64,000 nt of DNA, from NCBI GenBank assembly GCA_010356995.1, contig ML996690.1:685420-749419 (forward strand), given 5' to 3'. The stretch is from Trichodelitschia bisporula (taxonomy: Eukaryota). This document shows, piece by piece, positions 33,467 through 47,249 of the stretch. Position numbers and translations under genes: made by a program. How positions within the stretch are numbered: position 1 is the stretch's first letter; every line of letters begins with the position of its first letter. The notes under the pieces were generated by a model, which saw only the letters and a list, made by a program, of their open reading frames with translations, ran no database searches and was not told where the DNA came from.

Positions 33467-36279
33467 ATGACAGCCGAATTCACTACCCTCCAGCTAGTCG
33501 GCATGGCCGCCAGCGATGGAGCCATGTTTATCATCATCTGCTTCATCATCGTGCTCTTCATCCGAGCACGGAAGAAACACAAACGCGCCTTAGCCGATCT
33601 GGAGCGCGAGTGCTTAGAGGTGGTGCGCGCGAACAGTACAGGAAAAGAAGTCCCCCAAATTACCCAGCCTTGCTCTGCAATCATCCGAAGCTCTCTCACA
33701 CCCTGTGGCGATGCTTCTGGGCAGAATAATCTGGGCCTGCGTGATGATGGCGCCACTCTGCCAAAGACTTCTGGGGAGCTGGAGAAGAGCGGGAAGACCC
33801 AAGGCGGCGCATCGCTGATTTCCTGGCCTTTTGTTAGGGGCGATACGCAACCTGAGGAAGTCCCCATGGAGAGGATATCCAGAAATCAGGCAAGGAGTGT
33901 GAGATCTGAACCCGGACCAACGATTTCGACTACAAGCGCCGAATCAACGCCGGCTCAAAGGCATTCTGCTACGAATTCCGCCAGAGCTCGCGCATGCACC
34001 GTTGCTGGATCTGCTCCATCCCATCAGCAGTATGAATATCGCTCGCCAGCGTTTTTCTCTCTCCCCAAGGAATTGCCGAACCTGGCTCCTCAACCGCTGT
34101 TCAGCAGTCTTACTCAGAGCCCCACTGTGACGAAGCGGAATAGGTCCAAAACAATCTCCGTTACGCGTCCACTTCGGGAATGTCCTGAGCCACGACGCAC
34201 TCATGTCCGCTCAGCCAGCTTAGGCGGCCGCAACCCCGGCCCACCGCTCGGCCCTGTCCCACCTCTCCCATCGGATATTGCCAGTGCCACGAACAACGGT
34301 CGGCCGCGGAGCTGGGCCGATCCTGGCCCGTCGCGCCCGTCATCATCGAGCCTCGAGTCAGTTGGCAGCGAGCTGCTTACCGGGAGTCCGCACGTTCGGC
34401 GCGCGGCCAGCACAAGGCTGAAGTCCGTGACGACGTTCGACTTTGCGAACTCTATGGTCGCGGGCCCGCGTCCGGTACTTCGGCGCGCGGAAAGTGTCAA
34501 GGAGCCTATTCAGTCATCACCGCAGCATAATTTCCGAAGCCAGCAAGGCTCAATAGGAACGGTGCCCGATTCGGGTGGCAGTTCGCCAGAGAAGGAATCT
34601 GGGAGAGATGGGATATCTGTCGAACCCCACCCAGAGTTAGCCGATATCCGACCCGCAGACTCCGTCCAGCTCGGGTATATCCCCCTCCTCTCCCCCCGCC
34701 AACCCAGCTTCCCCTTCCCCCGCAACACCACCACTCTAACCCCGCGCCACTCCCGCACCCTCGTCACTCCCAACGGCTCCCCCGAACAATGCCCACAGCG
34801 CTCATCCCTAAAATCCCCAGACATCACCCGCCACACTTCTCAGCTCTCCCACACCTCCTCCACACACTCCAGCAACGGCAACCCCTTCCAATGGGACCCC
34901 TCCCCCATGGCCACCACCAAGCAGACCAAACCCAGCGCCCTCAAGGGCTCGCCCACAGGCCGCAAGGGTCACCGCCGCCAGAACTGTGTAAGAATATGTC
35001 TACCCCCTACCACCCTCGGCCCGCGCAGCAAGTCCCCCTCCCCGTCTATGCTCAGCATTGAAGAAGAAGCCGACGCCGCTGCTGCCTCGCCAACGGCCCG
35101 GCGCCGCGCCCTGCCCCGCCCACCAAGTATATCTATCTTCGCGCCCGAGGTCCGGTTAACGGCCCTGAGAGCGAGCCTGCCGCCTAGCTCCCCCGCGCTC
35201 TCGTTGACGGATTACGCGCTTCAGCATTCCCGCCGCGGAAGCGCAGGGTCGACCCTCACGATCCCCGCCTTCCCCAGCCCAGCGAAAACAATCTCCACAA
35301 CGACAAGCGTAATCCAAACACCAACATTCACCCTCCAACCCTCAACGCCCGCCCTCGCAATCGACGCCTCAGGGTACACCCCCGTCGCTCCTTCCCCATC
35401 CTCACCCACCTCCCCCATCACCCCCCCACCACCCCAACCACCCCCGCCAGCAGCCCCCATCCTCTCTTCCACGCCCTTCATCCCTACCACCACCAGTCCA
35501 CACCACTCCCCCCCCTGCAGCCCCAAATCCCACCCTGCCGACCGGTCTCCAACCCTATCCCGCCCATCTACGCCGCCGCTTCCCGACTGCGGCCCGCTCG
35601 CAAGCCATCCCCCCTCCCCCGCCCTCTCCAGCGGGACAAATACCCCACGCTTCAGTCCCTGCGCAACACCGAGTCCATCCCGCAGCGGCAGTCCACTGCG
35701 GCGCGTGGGTGGTGTCCTGACACCCGCCGGCTCGCCGACCAAGGGCCCGGGGCAACGCAGAGTTTCCATGATAGTCGGACCCCCGCGGACAGGGTCGCCA
35801 GCACCCGGCTCGCCGGTGCCTGGGTTCGCGTTCGGACTCGATGCAGCACTTTCGGCGCCCACGACGCCCGCGCTCATCGGCCCGCGCAGCCCGCCCGCAG
35901 AAACAATCCGCGCTTCTGTGGCGCGCTTGCAACGAATGAACAACGACGCGCGGCGCGAAGGGGCGTCGCTGGAATTGCGTGCCGCGAGGCGGTATCTGCG
36001 GCTCGGTGGTGGGGAGGCGAGTCCGACGCTTGAGGGGGAGGGGGGAGAGGATAGTGTGCTTGGTTTAGGGCTAGGGGTTGAGGGGGAGGGTGATAGTTCG
36101 TGGGAGGGGACGGGGAAGGGGGATAGGGTGTTTGTTGTTAGCGTTGATGCTGGGAATCGGAGTCCGGGTTTGCAGAGTCCGTTGCCGAAGCGGGTTGGGG
36201 TGATTAGGGGGGAGGAGAAGGGGGGAGTCCGGGGAGTTTGTATGATGAGAATGGGTTCTTGAGGGTTGATGTTAGCTGA
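33467..36279 (+). CDS. Membrane-anchored Ser/Pro-rich hypothetical protein; C-terminus possibly frameshifted
   Basis: 931-aa ORF with an N-terminal TM followed by RARKKHKR, plus NGNPFQWD and KGHRRQNCVRI blocks. The ORF as given stops at 36262; an alternative-frame tail SPGSLYDENGFL ends at 36279. Confidence 0.7.
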
Positions 36280-36613
36280 GGGGAGGGGAGTATTTAGGTA
36301 TCTGTCTTTTGATATGGTCGCTTTTTGGTTTCTTTGCTACCCTCGTTTCTCAGATAGCTGTCAGTATTGCTTAATGGTAATTATGCTCTGAGCTACGTTG
36401 TTTGAAGCCGTACACTTGTGCGTGGCTCCGGAGCCCAAAGCCGCGCAATGTTAGCAGCACCCGTCACAAGAAACGGGCCAAAAAGGCAAACATCTCCATT
36501 CCATCTATCTACGCGTGAAGCGGACACATGGGTATCACAGAGAATAACGGCGAACATGACCCCTACATCAAGTGCCGCAACGCCAGCTAACGTGGTGCAA
36601 GTATATCCAGTTC

Positions 36614-39600
36614 TTAACCCATAAACGGACCCGCTGGCTTGTCAGCGGTGCCGCGCGTCCGCTTGGTAGTGATACCAGGCTGCAGCGGCGCACCACCGCC
36701 GCCGCTCTCCTCCTGCAGGTGAAAGGCGACGCGCTTCTGCTTGCTAATCATCTCAGTCTCCTCCGATCCATTACCGGGGAAGGGGTCCTCTAGCTGGTCA
36801 GTGGCGTCGCCATTCCGCTTGATGGCGGTATCAGCCTCCGAAGACCCATCACCACCGCCGATGCGGAGGAGCTTGACAAGTTTCTCCACGGCGTCAACCT
36901 TCGAAGCGAGATCACCCTGGTCGCCTGCAAGCACTTTCTCAACGACGGCGGGGTCAACCTTTGGAGACCCATCACCGTCATCTCCGACGAGGGCCTCCAC
37001 AACACGCTTCATGAGCGTGTTAGTTCTCGAAGCGAGCGTAGCCTTCTGAGGCGCATCACCGGCGCCGCGGATGTCCTTCTTGGTAGGCTTAAGGCTGGGC
37101 TTCTTGAACCAGACCGTCTCCGCCTTTTCCGTGACCCTCTTTGCAGGAACGCCCTTGTGTTTGGCCAGGTCCCGTTTGATGATCTCCCATTTTGAAAGCG
37201 GATTGAACTCTGCGATCGGCTTTGCAGGAACGTCCTTGTACTTGGCCAGATCCGGTTTGGTGTTCTCCTGCTTAGAGGGCGGATCAACCTCCATGACCGT
37301 GATCACGATCTCGTCCTTCTTCTCGTCAATTTCCTCGGCCAGAGCCATCTTCTCTTCGACAAGAGAAGTCAGGTTGGTTTCGAACTTGGGTACCGGTAAA
37401 AGATAGCTCGGGTCCTCGGGCAGCCAGTTTTTTGCGCCGCTCATCATGTAGAGCGACTCGTCTTCCTCGGCAGCCGCTTCAGCGCTTTCATCAGACCTCT
37501 CATGAACAACAGTGTCCGTGCTATCATCACTGTCCTCATCACACGTCTCCCCTTCAGACTCGCTCTCTTCGCCCATGTTGAACGTACGCTTGTTCCACGG
37601 CGCCTCAACCGCAAACCCCTCCGTGATCAGCTCCGTCATGTCCTTCCCCACGCGGACCGCGTTCCCCAAAGGCGAATATAAGCCGCGGTTGTCCGTGGCC
37701 TGGGGGTCCACATCGTCGCGCAGGCTGAACAGGCGCACGATCTCAGGCTCCTTCATACGCACAGCAACAGCGAAGGGCGTCCGGCCCCTCACGTCCGGCT
37801 TGTCGGTGTCAATAGCCCCCCGGGCCAGGAGCAGCTCGACACCCCCCACGAACCCCCCAGCTACGGCAACCATTAGCGGCGTCTTCTCCCCATCGTCTTC
37901 GGCGTTGATGTCCACATCGGGATGGTTGACGAGCAGTTGCGCAGCGCGAAAGTTCCACGCGGCCATTGCGTGGTGCAGCGGGGTTTCAGACTCTCTGTTA
38001 CGCACATTCGGCTTATCGAGCCGGAAGAGTAGTTCCTGGAACACAGGGAAGAGATCCGGCACGCACGCTGCGAGGTGGAGCGGCGAGTTATCCGCTGGGG
38101 TCAAAGCGTCAATCGAAACCGTCGGATCGGCGACGAGCGCAAGCGCGATGCGCAGGTACGAATCCAGATCTGCGCCTTCACTGAGCGCGCGGCGCGCACC
38201 AGCGAGGCAGTGGTGCAGCGGTCGCGTGCCGAAGGAGGTGCCGTGGTCATAGTGGATGGTGCTCGCACACTTGAAGAAGTGATCTGCTTGGCCGTTCTCG
38301 CACATAATGTGCACAGGCAAGCGGCCGAGGAGGTCGGGCTGGGCGCCGTATTTCGGGTTCGCAATGATGTCGGTGATGAGGGATTGGTACTCCGCAGCGA
38401 GGTCTAGGATATATTGGTCTTCAGCCTTGCCCGGCCCTGGCAGGTAGGTCTCGTCATCTGAGTCTGAGTCTGGGTCTGAGTCTGTCTCGTCAGCTTTGGC
38501 GAGCTGGGTCGCCAGATCTTTGAAGTAGGGCTGTGTCGCGCTATCCAGGATGATATGTGCCAGATTCCGACAGAGAAGATCGGTTTTGTGGCGGATTTTA
38601 CGCAGTAGCAGTGGGTTCAGACCGGCTACGATGAGGGCCTCGGCGTCAATGACGTGGCACACTCCAGCCTGGTTTGGAAGCAGTAACGTCTTGAGAAACC
38701 GCTGGTAGCGCGTATGGAGGTCCACTATCAGTGAGACTAGTCCCTCTTGACTCTGCGTGGGTGTGCCTAGTCTCAAGTACTGCCCGGCGTTCATTTCTTG
38801 GGCCAGCAGCGCGGTGCCATAGTCTCCGCTTTCAATCAAGCTGACGGACAGTCCAGCCCAGTGCTCGAATCTGTTCGATAGGATGGCCTGCACCTCGGCT
38901 TGGTATGGGGGTTGCGCACTGGAAAGGAGTCGTATCGTGAGGGGCAAATGGCTGAGCTGGGGATCTCGCCCCGCATGGATAGCGATATCCCGATCGATCT
39001 TGCGAACAGAGTCTTCTACCCACGTGTTAAACCCCTGAGCTACGACCGAGTTGATTGGCTCTCTGAAGAGTTCCCTCTCTCGCTGGAGGATAGCCTCGAG
39101 TCGGTCACGGTAACGACGAAAAATTACCCCGGCAGTGGACGCCTGGACACTACAAGAGGCGAGTCATCAGCTTATACGTCACGGAGCGAGGTGGTGGCTT
39201 ACATGTACGCAACAGTCCCTTTGGAAGTATTTTCCTTCGCCATTGCGCCCTCGTAACCCAAGCTGGGTATGCCAGCGATAGGGTTCGACCCAGCGCCCCG
39301 CTGGGACCCGGACTCACGCCTGCGCTGGGACTCCTTGTCTCTGTTCGATGGCACGCGGGCCAAGGGCTCCAGGACTTGTATATCGTCGTCTATCACAGCC
39401 CACTCATGCGTTGGGTTCGTCGAGGATATATTCACCGTAGACGGCCGTTCTGTTGTCAAAGACCGGCGCCGCTCTCGCTGACGCCGATCTGCCCGGCTGT
39501 CGAACTTGGGGATATCCAAGCTAGTTTGAGGAACACCCTCATCATCCTGACGGGCCCGACTTGCCAGCTCCGCGAGCTCTTTCATGGTAGCTTTGTCCTT

Positions 39601-40281
39601 CGGAGGAGACGCAACAGTGATGACGACTTCAGGAGGGCCAGTGGCAGGCGTCCCGTCAGGCGTTGCGATCTTGTCCGTCTCTTTCGCGGCCGAAAATGCT
39701 GACGGAGCAAGGCTAGGAGTCCAGTCCCCCTTCTCGGATGATAGCTCGAGTGATATTGCAAGCTCGGGAAAGTGGATTCCAAGGCCAGGCAGCTCCCCGT
39801 CCGGAATGTCATCGAGATTGCCAGGCGCAGTAGGGATCCGAGGGGTCATCGGGGCCCTCGGGTTTGCCTCCACACTCGGCAACACTCGCACATCTCTGAG
39901 AGGCGAGGAGTTTCCATTGGCCATGTTGTCCAACATCCCCTCGATGTGCTCAGACATCGGGGCCACCTGCTCAGCCTCAGCAGAGTCTTCGCCCGCCGGT
40001 ATGCCGCCTTCAGCACGCTGATGCGGACCAGGAAGCCCCGGCATGGCGTCGCTTCCAGGTTGGGCATTCTCGGAGTCAGCTAAAGCAGTCTTGTCAGCGC
40101 ATCTTGTTGTAACAGAGGAGCGGGTCCCGCGTGGGGCACCCCGATGCGACGAACACGCAACCGACACGTCAAAAGCCGGGCGTTTACGGCTACGTCGCGG
40201 GAGTTCTGGTATCGAGAACACGGGAGTCGGTGGTGGACTTGGGAGGTCCTTGATCTTTTCGGCGTCTTCGGGCGTGAGCAT
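36614..40281 (-). CDS. Large ankyrin-repeat protein (~1200 aa) with disordered flanks
   Basis: Intron 39150-39202 joins ORF 39199-40281 in frame to ORF 36614-38947. Ankyrin motifs SPLHLAA, TPLHHA, TPLMVA and TPFAVA. Confidence 0.8.
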
Positions 40282-41353
40282 CGCAGCGATCTCAGGTTGT
40301 CCCCAGACCGGGCAATTCTCGTCTATGCTCCAAGAGCAGGGTATTCCGAAGTTGAGGCAGCTGGTGCACTGATTTTGGGGGCCACTCTCTGGTTTTATGC
40401 ACTGTCAAGTGGTGAGAAAGGCATGCGGTAAGTGTGGGGCTGACGAAGGAAGGATGAAGAATGTGGAAGCAAGCGGTGGAGGACATCGGAGTGTAGAGAA
40501 GGATCCCCAAAGGCTTTGCTGAGTGAGAGGAACGGTGGCCTTTCCCCAGCAGTGACAGAAAAGGCTCGGTTTGCCAGCCAGAGGAGGGTTTGGGCAACAT
40601 ACCTCTCTCTCCCGTTGTTCACACACTTCACAATCTGCCACTCCACTAGATTGAGGTATCGCCAGCTTGAGCGGCATTAGGTCGCAGAAGTGAGAGTCAA
40701 AAAACAGCAGCGAAAGGATATATTGGCAAGGGCCGGGAACTTTGGCAGTCTGCTGATGCCCTTATTGCTTCGATAAGTATGCTGAGTCGCCTAAACGACG
40801 AGTGAATGTTTGGTGGCTGTGGCTTCGGTGTAAGAGTTGTTGTGTATTGATGGCGATAGTCAGAGAATACGAAGTGAAATGAAGATGAAGTTGAGGTCGG
40901 AGTTGGAGTTGGGGACGCGCAATGAGCTAAGATCCTCCCAGCGGTCGAGAAGGGACGAACCGGTTCCGCTTGCCGCAAGAGCACTACGTAAGGTGCCATT
41001 TCCGGGCGAGTCGAGATCAAGTCGATACTGCTACTACATTACAGGTGGCAAGGTTGTGTCAACCGCTTCAACGACGTTGGCATATGCCAGGCTTCCTATG
41101 ACTTTCGGTGATATGAACCGACGCGAAAAATGATGTTGCAAGGCGACGTGCAGCTCCAAACTTAGTGACCGCGAATAGATGTTTATGATGCAAGATTGAA
41201 CGCCATGCTGTAAAATAATGGATAATGGATACCATCCAACAGTTGAAAGATCCGGGTGCTATCTACACATCAGTGATCTCGGGACAATATATACGCGCCA
41301 TGGAGCTATCACCTGCGTGCATAGAGATCCCCATTCAAGCATCCTTCAGTCCA

Positions 41354-42650
41354 TCAATCTAGTCCCGTGAACGACATACCGCTGTTCTTGCTTCCTGCCG
41401 CCGCCTTCTTGCCCCGCTTCCTCCGCTTCCTCGGAGCTTTGTCGACGCTGGAATCACTATCCTCATCGCTGTCACTGTCACTGTCATCCTCCGCCAGTCG
41501 CTTGCGACTCTCGTCGAGTTCCCTTTGCGCCTCCTCATCATCTGTCGCCTCCGCTTGTCCCACGGATTCTTGCCAGACCTTGATGGTTTGACCACCGCCG
41601 CTGATCAACCGGCCACCGGCATCGAACCCAACACATGCGACTCCTTCGACTTCGTCGTGCCGCAGCACATCGAAGACTTTGTTATGTTTCAAGTCCACGA
41701 ACACCAGTGCCCCATTCCCCATACCTGCCACAACCCCCTTCCCACCAGACACTATCTCCCCGGGCACCCGTACCATGCAATCAATACTCTCGCCACCCCC
41801 AGGCGTCCTGTCGATGACAATACGCGAGTCCTGATCATCCCATACTCCACGCTCCCATAGAGTAATCACACCTCCAGCCTCGCCCACAAGCACCTTCTGG
41901 CCAACGTTTGTGCCCTTCTTCGGGAATCCGCCAACAAAGGCGCTGCATAACAGCTCCTCCTCTTGGGGCTCGCTGCGCACCAGCACACCGCGCCGCAGGT
42001 CCGTAACCGCCAGAGTTGTACCTCCGGTCGTGACCCACTGCTTACTGAAGCCGCTGGTGCTGGCATCGCTGGGCGGCAGAGGCGTCAGCGAGGAGATGTA
42101 GTCCTCGTGCGGATAGTGTGTAGCTTGCGGTTTGCGCGCCTTGAAGTGATGGCCGGCACGAATATCGTAGAGGTGAAGGGCAGAGGAGTCGGTTGCAAGA
42201 AGGAAGGTCTGGGGTGAGAGTACGTGGAGAACCGAGGGCGCGTCGGTGGCGTTACTACAACTAGTCAGCGTGGAGAGCGCGCAGGCGTGCGCTGACGTAC
42301 TGATGTTCAGGGATAGCAATCTTGCTGATGACCTGTCCCGTCTTTGCGTCCGCGGCCTTCACAATTCCATCAGTGCCGGCGGAGTAAAGAGTTGTGCCGT
42401 CGAGACTGAACCCGAGGCTGCGGCAGCTGCCCTTGTGACGACGGGTCCTCCAGGCAGTTTGGATCAACCCACAACCACTCTCCGACGTTATAGACACATC
42501 ATTGTCCTCTTCAGTGCCGGGCGCTGGGGGAAGGCGAAAGCATTGTACATGGCCTGATGAGAGGCCCGCCGCGATCAAAGGCTCGCTGGGATGGATGGCC
42601 TGGGCGAAGATGTCGGCGGTCAACGGTAGTGTGCACACGTTTTCGAGCAT
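41354..42650 (-). CDS. JIP5: WD-repeat protein JIP5 (WDR55-like, ribosome biogenesis)
   Basis: [35 protein letters not shown], acidic then basic tail ending FTGLD; one intron near 42251-42300. Confidence 0.88.
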
Positions 42651-43053
42651 TGTGACAGGTAATGGGGGGGGCTAGCAACTAAAATAAAGCCATAAAGATA
42701 CACAGCCGATCGGAGTTGACGAGGTGTGGGGCGACGGCGCATCTGTTCGTATTGTGCTCGGTGCTCGGTGCTGAGAGTGGAATGAAAAAGTTCCTACCGC
42801 ATGTCCCTGAACGAGGCGTGCGCGTTTTCCTCTCACAAAGGCTTGAATTTCAGCCAATGACAGACACTGAACCAGGGGTGCACTGCATTTCCCTTGACGA
42901 CGCTTTAGACGACATGCCTTTTGTACTCACTCTCAGAAAGACAACGCACCATACACCCTACCCTTCAGGATATATCCTGCTGATACCTTTTGAATCACTT
43001 GCTAAGTTTACTTTCATCCATTCCTTCAACTGGTTCATCCTTGATATTGCGGA

Positions 43054-43584
43054 CTACCGACTGAGTTCCTCAATATAGCGGCGCATTGTGTCAAATTCCG
43101 TCTTTCCTGTCTATTCGCGCCTCGGTCAAAACTAGGACTCATATGGAAGGGATGGCTTACCGAAAGCAGATATCGAATATGATCCTGTCTTCATTAGTAG
43201 CGGTCGTCAGTGTGCACAGTATGACTTACGATGTCCGTTATATGCCGATGCCTCTCGAATTCACCTCGAGCATACTGACGCATCTCCTGTCGAGCCGCGG
43301 GCGATGGGATTTCTGACAAGCGTTAGATGATCGCAATGGCTGACTCACGAAGATCGTACTATTGACCTCCCGAACGATGCTCCTCCAAAACGCTAACACG
43401 CGGGCTCTTTGAAGGAACTGCTCTTCATCAATTGCTGCTCAATCAGGAGCCAGAGAACCATCCATACATGGTCGAGCCCTAGAATGGGTCCATCGGGTGG
43501 AAGGCGATGCTTCCTTGCCTTGCTGGCCAGTGTCCGAAGCTGGACATTCAGCGGCTGCGAACGAAGAAATGTCTGCACCAGCAT
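43054..43584 (-). CDS. Mitochondrial LYR-motif protein (LYRM2-like), 5 exons
   Basis: Manual splicing gives ...LGLDH|FLQRARVLAFWRSIVREVN|KIPSPAARQEMRQYARGEFERHRHITDI|DHIRYLLS|TGKTEFDTMRRYIEELSR*. Confidence 0.85.
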
Positions 43585-43980
43585 CTCATATTGGTCATAG
43601 GTTCAAGAACGACGAATCGAAAAACTTTTGGCTGGTTACTGGAGTGCTTTGCCCTCGACCAGATGATGATGCATTTTGGCCGGGCCGTCGAACTCTCGGC
43701 AGGCAACAAAGCATTAACTGCCTTGTTGCCTTGTCGCCTTGTTGCCTCAATATCTCATCCGCACCCACGCGCAAAGCGCAGAATTGAACTTTTCCTGATA
43801 CTGAAGTGTCATGAATGGTTCTTTCTCTATTCCAATTGACTGGCTACCATAAAAGCAAACATCAACTGCATGTAGATATTAGATCGCTTCATACCGTGAA
43901 AGTGTACAATCAGCTTGATGACACGGATCGGGGCCAAGCTGAGCCTCTCTAACGCCTCAACCCTTGACTTGCAACCACAC

Positions 43981-45915
43981 CTATGGAGCAAAGAGCGTCC
44001 CCCAAATGGCCCTGGGCACACCTATAATTTTCTGGCCAACGCTCAGTTTCGGCTGTTGCTGCAGCGCCCGGACCTCGTCCATATCTCGCAAGGTGTTCTC
44101 GCGGATTCCGGTGAGGATGTCTATCTCGCTGATCTTGATATAAGGTTTCCACCCCCTGTGGTTGATCCTCGGGTCAGTGGAGTAGGCGGCGGAATACACT
44201 TTCCAGATGATAAAGACAGTCAAAATGACAAATGCAGTTAGGTACGCTGAGAAGAAGCTCTCAACGCGGGCGCGAGGTGATAATTCTCCTTCTCCGATGG
44301 GCTGCTTCAGTTAGCCTGACATTTTCGCCTATCGGGAGCGACCTACCCAGGCGGCGACGTAAAACTGGGCGATAAGGCAACAAACATTCAGGAACAACGC
44401 TAGGTAACTTCCATAGACGCCGGCGAACGCCCGAAACTGCAGTTCCTCGATGCTTCTCCCGTTGGCAGCCCATGCTTTCCGAAATCGGATGTGGGCCAGA
44501 CAGATAGAGGCCCACGTGAAGAAGGATTGCAGCCCGCTGAGCGCCAAGAGCCAGTTGAAAATCTGATCTCCGACAGATGGGATGAGGTTCAGAAAAGCAA
44601 GTAGGCCGAACGCCAGCTGGAGAATGATTGTTGGGATCGGTCGGCCCTTCCGATCGACGTACGCCAGAATTTTGGGCGCCATACCACCCTGTGCGAGTGC
44701 TTGGAAAGTGCGAGTCGAGCCATACATACAGCTGTTGCCAACTTGTGGTATGTCAGCAGTGGCTCGCGAAGGGGGAAGAGGTAAGCGGGAGGTACCTGAG
44801 AGAACGGCCAGAGTAATGACTGCGTTAAATACACTGGGTAGGCCTTTGATGCCGGCTTGCTTAATAGCAAGGACAAAGGGCGAATACTTCGTATTTGCTC
44901 CAGTGCTTTTCAAGAGGAATTCCGAGTTAGACGGGACAATAAGGCCAATTATGAAGACGTTGACAATGTAAAAGAAGAAGATTCGCCAGAAGACCTGCTT
45001 AGTGGCCCGAGGCAGCGACTTGACTGGGTCAGCAGCTTCAGCCGCTGCTAAACCAGCAAGCTCTGTACCTCCGAAGGCAAATGCAGCTGTGACTAGGACA
45101 GAGGCAAATCCTTTGAACCCGTTTCGGAAGGCTCCGGGATCATGCCAGTATCTGAGGGATGGGTAAGCCGCTGTAACTGACATGACAGACGAACTCACTT
45201 TGCGCCAATGTAGCCACGAGAGTCAGTTGGAACGCCACCACAATCGATGATGATACCGAGGATAATGAAGCCAGCGCAGGCCAGAATCTTGATCATCCCT
45301 AAGACATATTCCACCTCACCATAGCCCCGTACGCCGAAGACCTGAATGGCACACAGCGCAACGAAGAAGACTGTGATCCAAACACCCTTGTTGACATTCA
45401 CTTCCCAGAAGTCAATGGTAATACTCGCAGCAGTCAGCTCAAAAGGCAAAACTGTAAGCCACCCGATTGCATAGTCCCAGCCCATGGCACAACCCCAAGA
45501 AGGGTCTATGAATCGGCACAGGTACTGGTACATAGCACCGTTTTGCGGATACAGAACGGCGAGCTCTCCCAGCGCCTGGACGGTGAAGAGCAACATGGTA
45601 CCAGTGATCATGAAGCCAATAAGCTACGATAGTTAGAGGTGAGGTATACAACCACAGATCCAGAAGACTTACCAGACTGCCAGGACCGCCGTTCGATAAG
45701 GCACCACCCGATCCGACGAAGAGACCGGCTCCGATGCTCCCACCGATGGCAATCATTTGCATGTGCCGGCCCTCAAGGGCCCGAGCTAGCGGTCTCGATT
45801 TGACAACATGACCCGACTCCCCCTCCTCGATGGGTGCATCGCTGCTGGTGGTCTCGGTGACCTTTTCCTTTTCGCTAAGCGCAAGCGGTCTGCCGTATGG
45901 ATCGTGAGAAGCCAT
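43981..45915 (-). CDS. Amino acid permease (APC/YAT family)
   Basis: [45 protein letters not shown] and [10 protein letters not shown] motifs; several introns. Confidence 0.93.
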
Positions 45916-47249
45916 AAGAAGGGACTGGGATTGACGGACACGATCCAGCGGCTCGACAATCAGTCGCCCGGCCTATATGGCCGGCCGAGAAGCCAGAATA
46001 TTGCAATCGCATTGTGCCATGGGCCATCCACATTGCAAAGATAAGGGCTGCCGGGTAACAATCAAGACGCATCGACGTTACCTTCTCCATTAAGCTGTGC
46101 CGACAGGGCATCGCCGCTGGCATGGTTCGCCTGGACATCCCCAGCAGCGGACGGCTGTGTTTGATAGCTAATCTCGACTATTGGTTGCGACCGAGTCGCT
46201 TGTTACAAGTATCGCAATTAGCAGGTGCCGCAAAGTGGTCACGGCATTGGCAAGCCTGGGCTGGATGGGGGCTAGAAGGCAGGATCGGAGTGCTCTGGGA
46301 ACGGAGGTCGGTCTGCCTATCGCGTGTCGTCACTGAATATTGTTCCGGTGCCAAGTTGACTGGGGTCCATCGGAGCGATCTTGGAACTTTCCATTCCGCT
46401 CGAGTTCTACGGATGTACTCCTCTCCCCGACGTCTCCCTTTGTGTCTCTACAGCCCTTGGGCAGATCATCATGCTGGACACTTCTGGCCTTCCATATTTA
46501 TCTCTTGGCCATCTGTTTCCTGGTTCTCGGCCGCTTCTCTCGATAAGATATCCAGATGTAACGGTGCTGCTGTGAAAGCAAACGTTGAGACGCGTACCGG
46601 CGCCGATTCGAGTTTCGTGCACCCAGCAGTTCGCTCACAACCTTCAATCCGTCATCGAAGCTTTAGGATGGGGCATGCTGTGGGATGTCTGTCGCCGTCT
46701 TCGTGCTACCGGCTGGAGCTCTAAATATCGTGAGCTCTGGTGAAGCTCCGAACACAGCCTACCCGAGAACCGACCATCAGCACCGTCTCCTGCAAGAACT
46801 GGATAATGCGGATTGATGAGGTTGTCGGGAGATCGATCGCTAGAAGATACAAAAATCAATTTTGAAAGAGCCGTTCCCTAACCGATCGGAAAGACAATCC
46901 ATGTGTCGAGATGCCCACCAGGTGAGCACGTTGGGCCGAAATAAATCTAGAGCCGTCCGCCGAACGCCCTGCTTGGATAGATGCCTCGCAATTGGCAAAG
47001 GACGTGCAGATGGCGCTCGCTGTAGTTCGCCATAATGTGTAGCAAGACTCGAGAATCCGAAAATCAAATAATGGCTTCCACTCGAAGCACGCAATTGACG
47101 CCATACTTGGTGTGACGCGGGACCCGGCAAACTAGGCTGTCGATGTCAACATCTAAGCCAACTGCGAAGAATTGGCAGGATTCACGACTAAATATATACT
47201 GCGTGGAGACTTCCATCTTTGCACGATCGATTTTGCAAAGTGAGCAATC

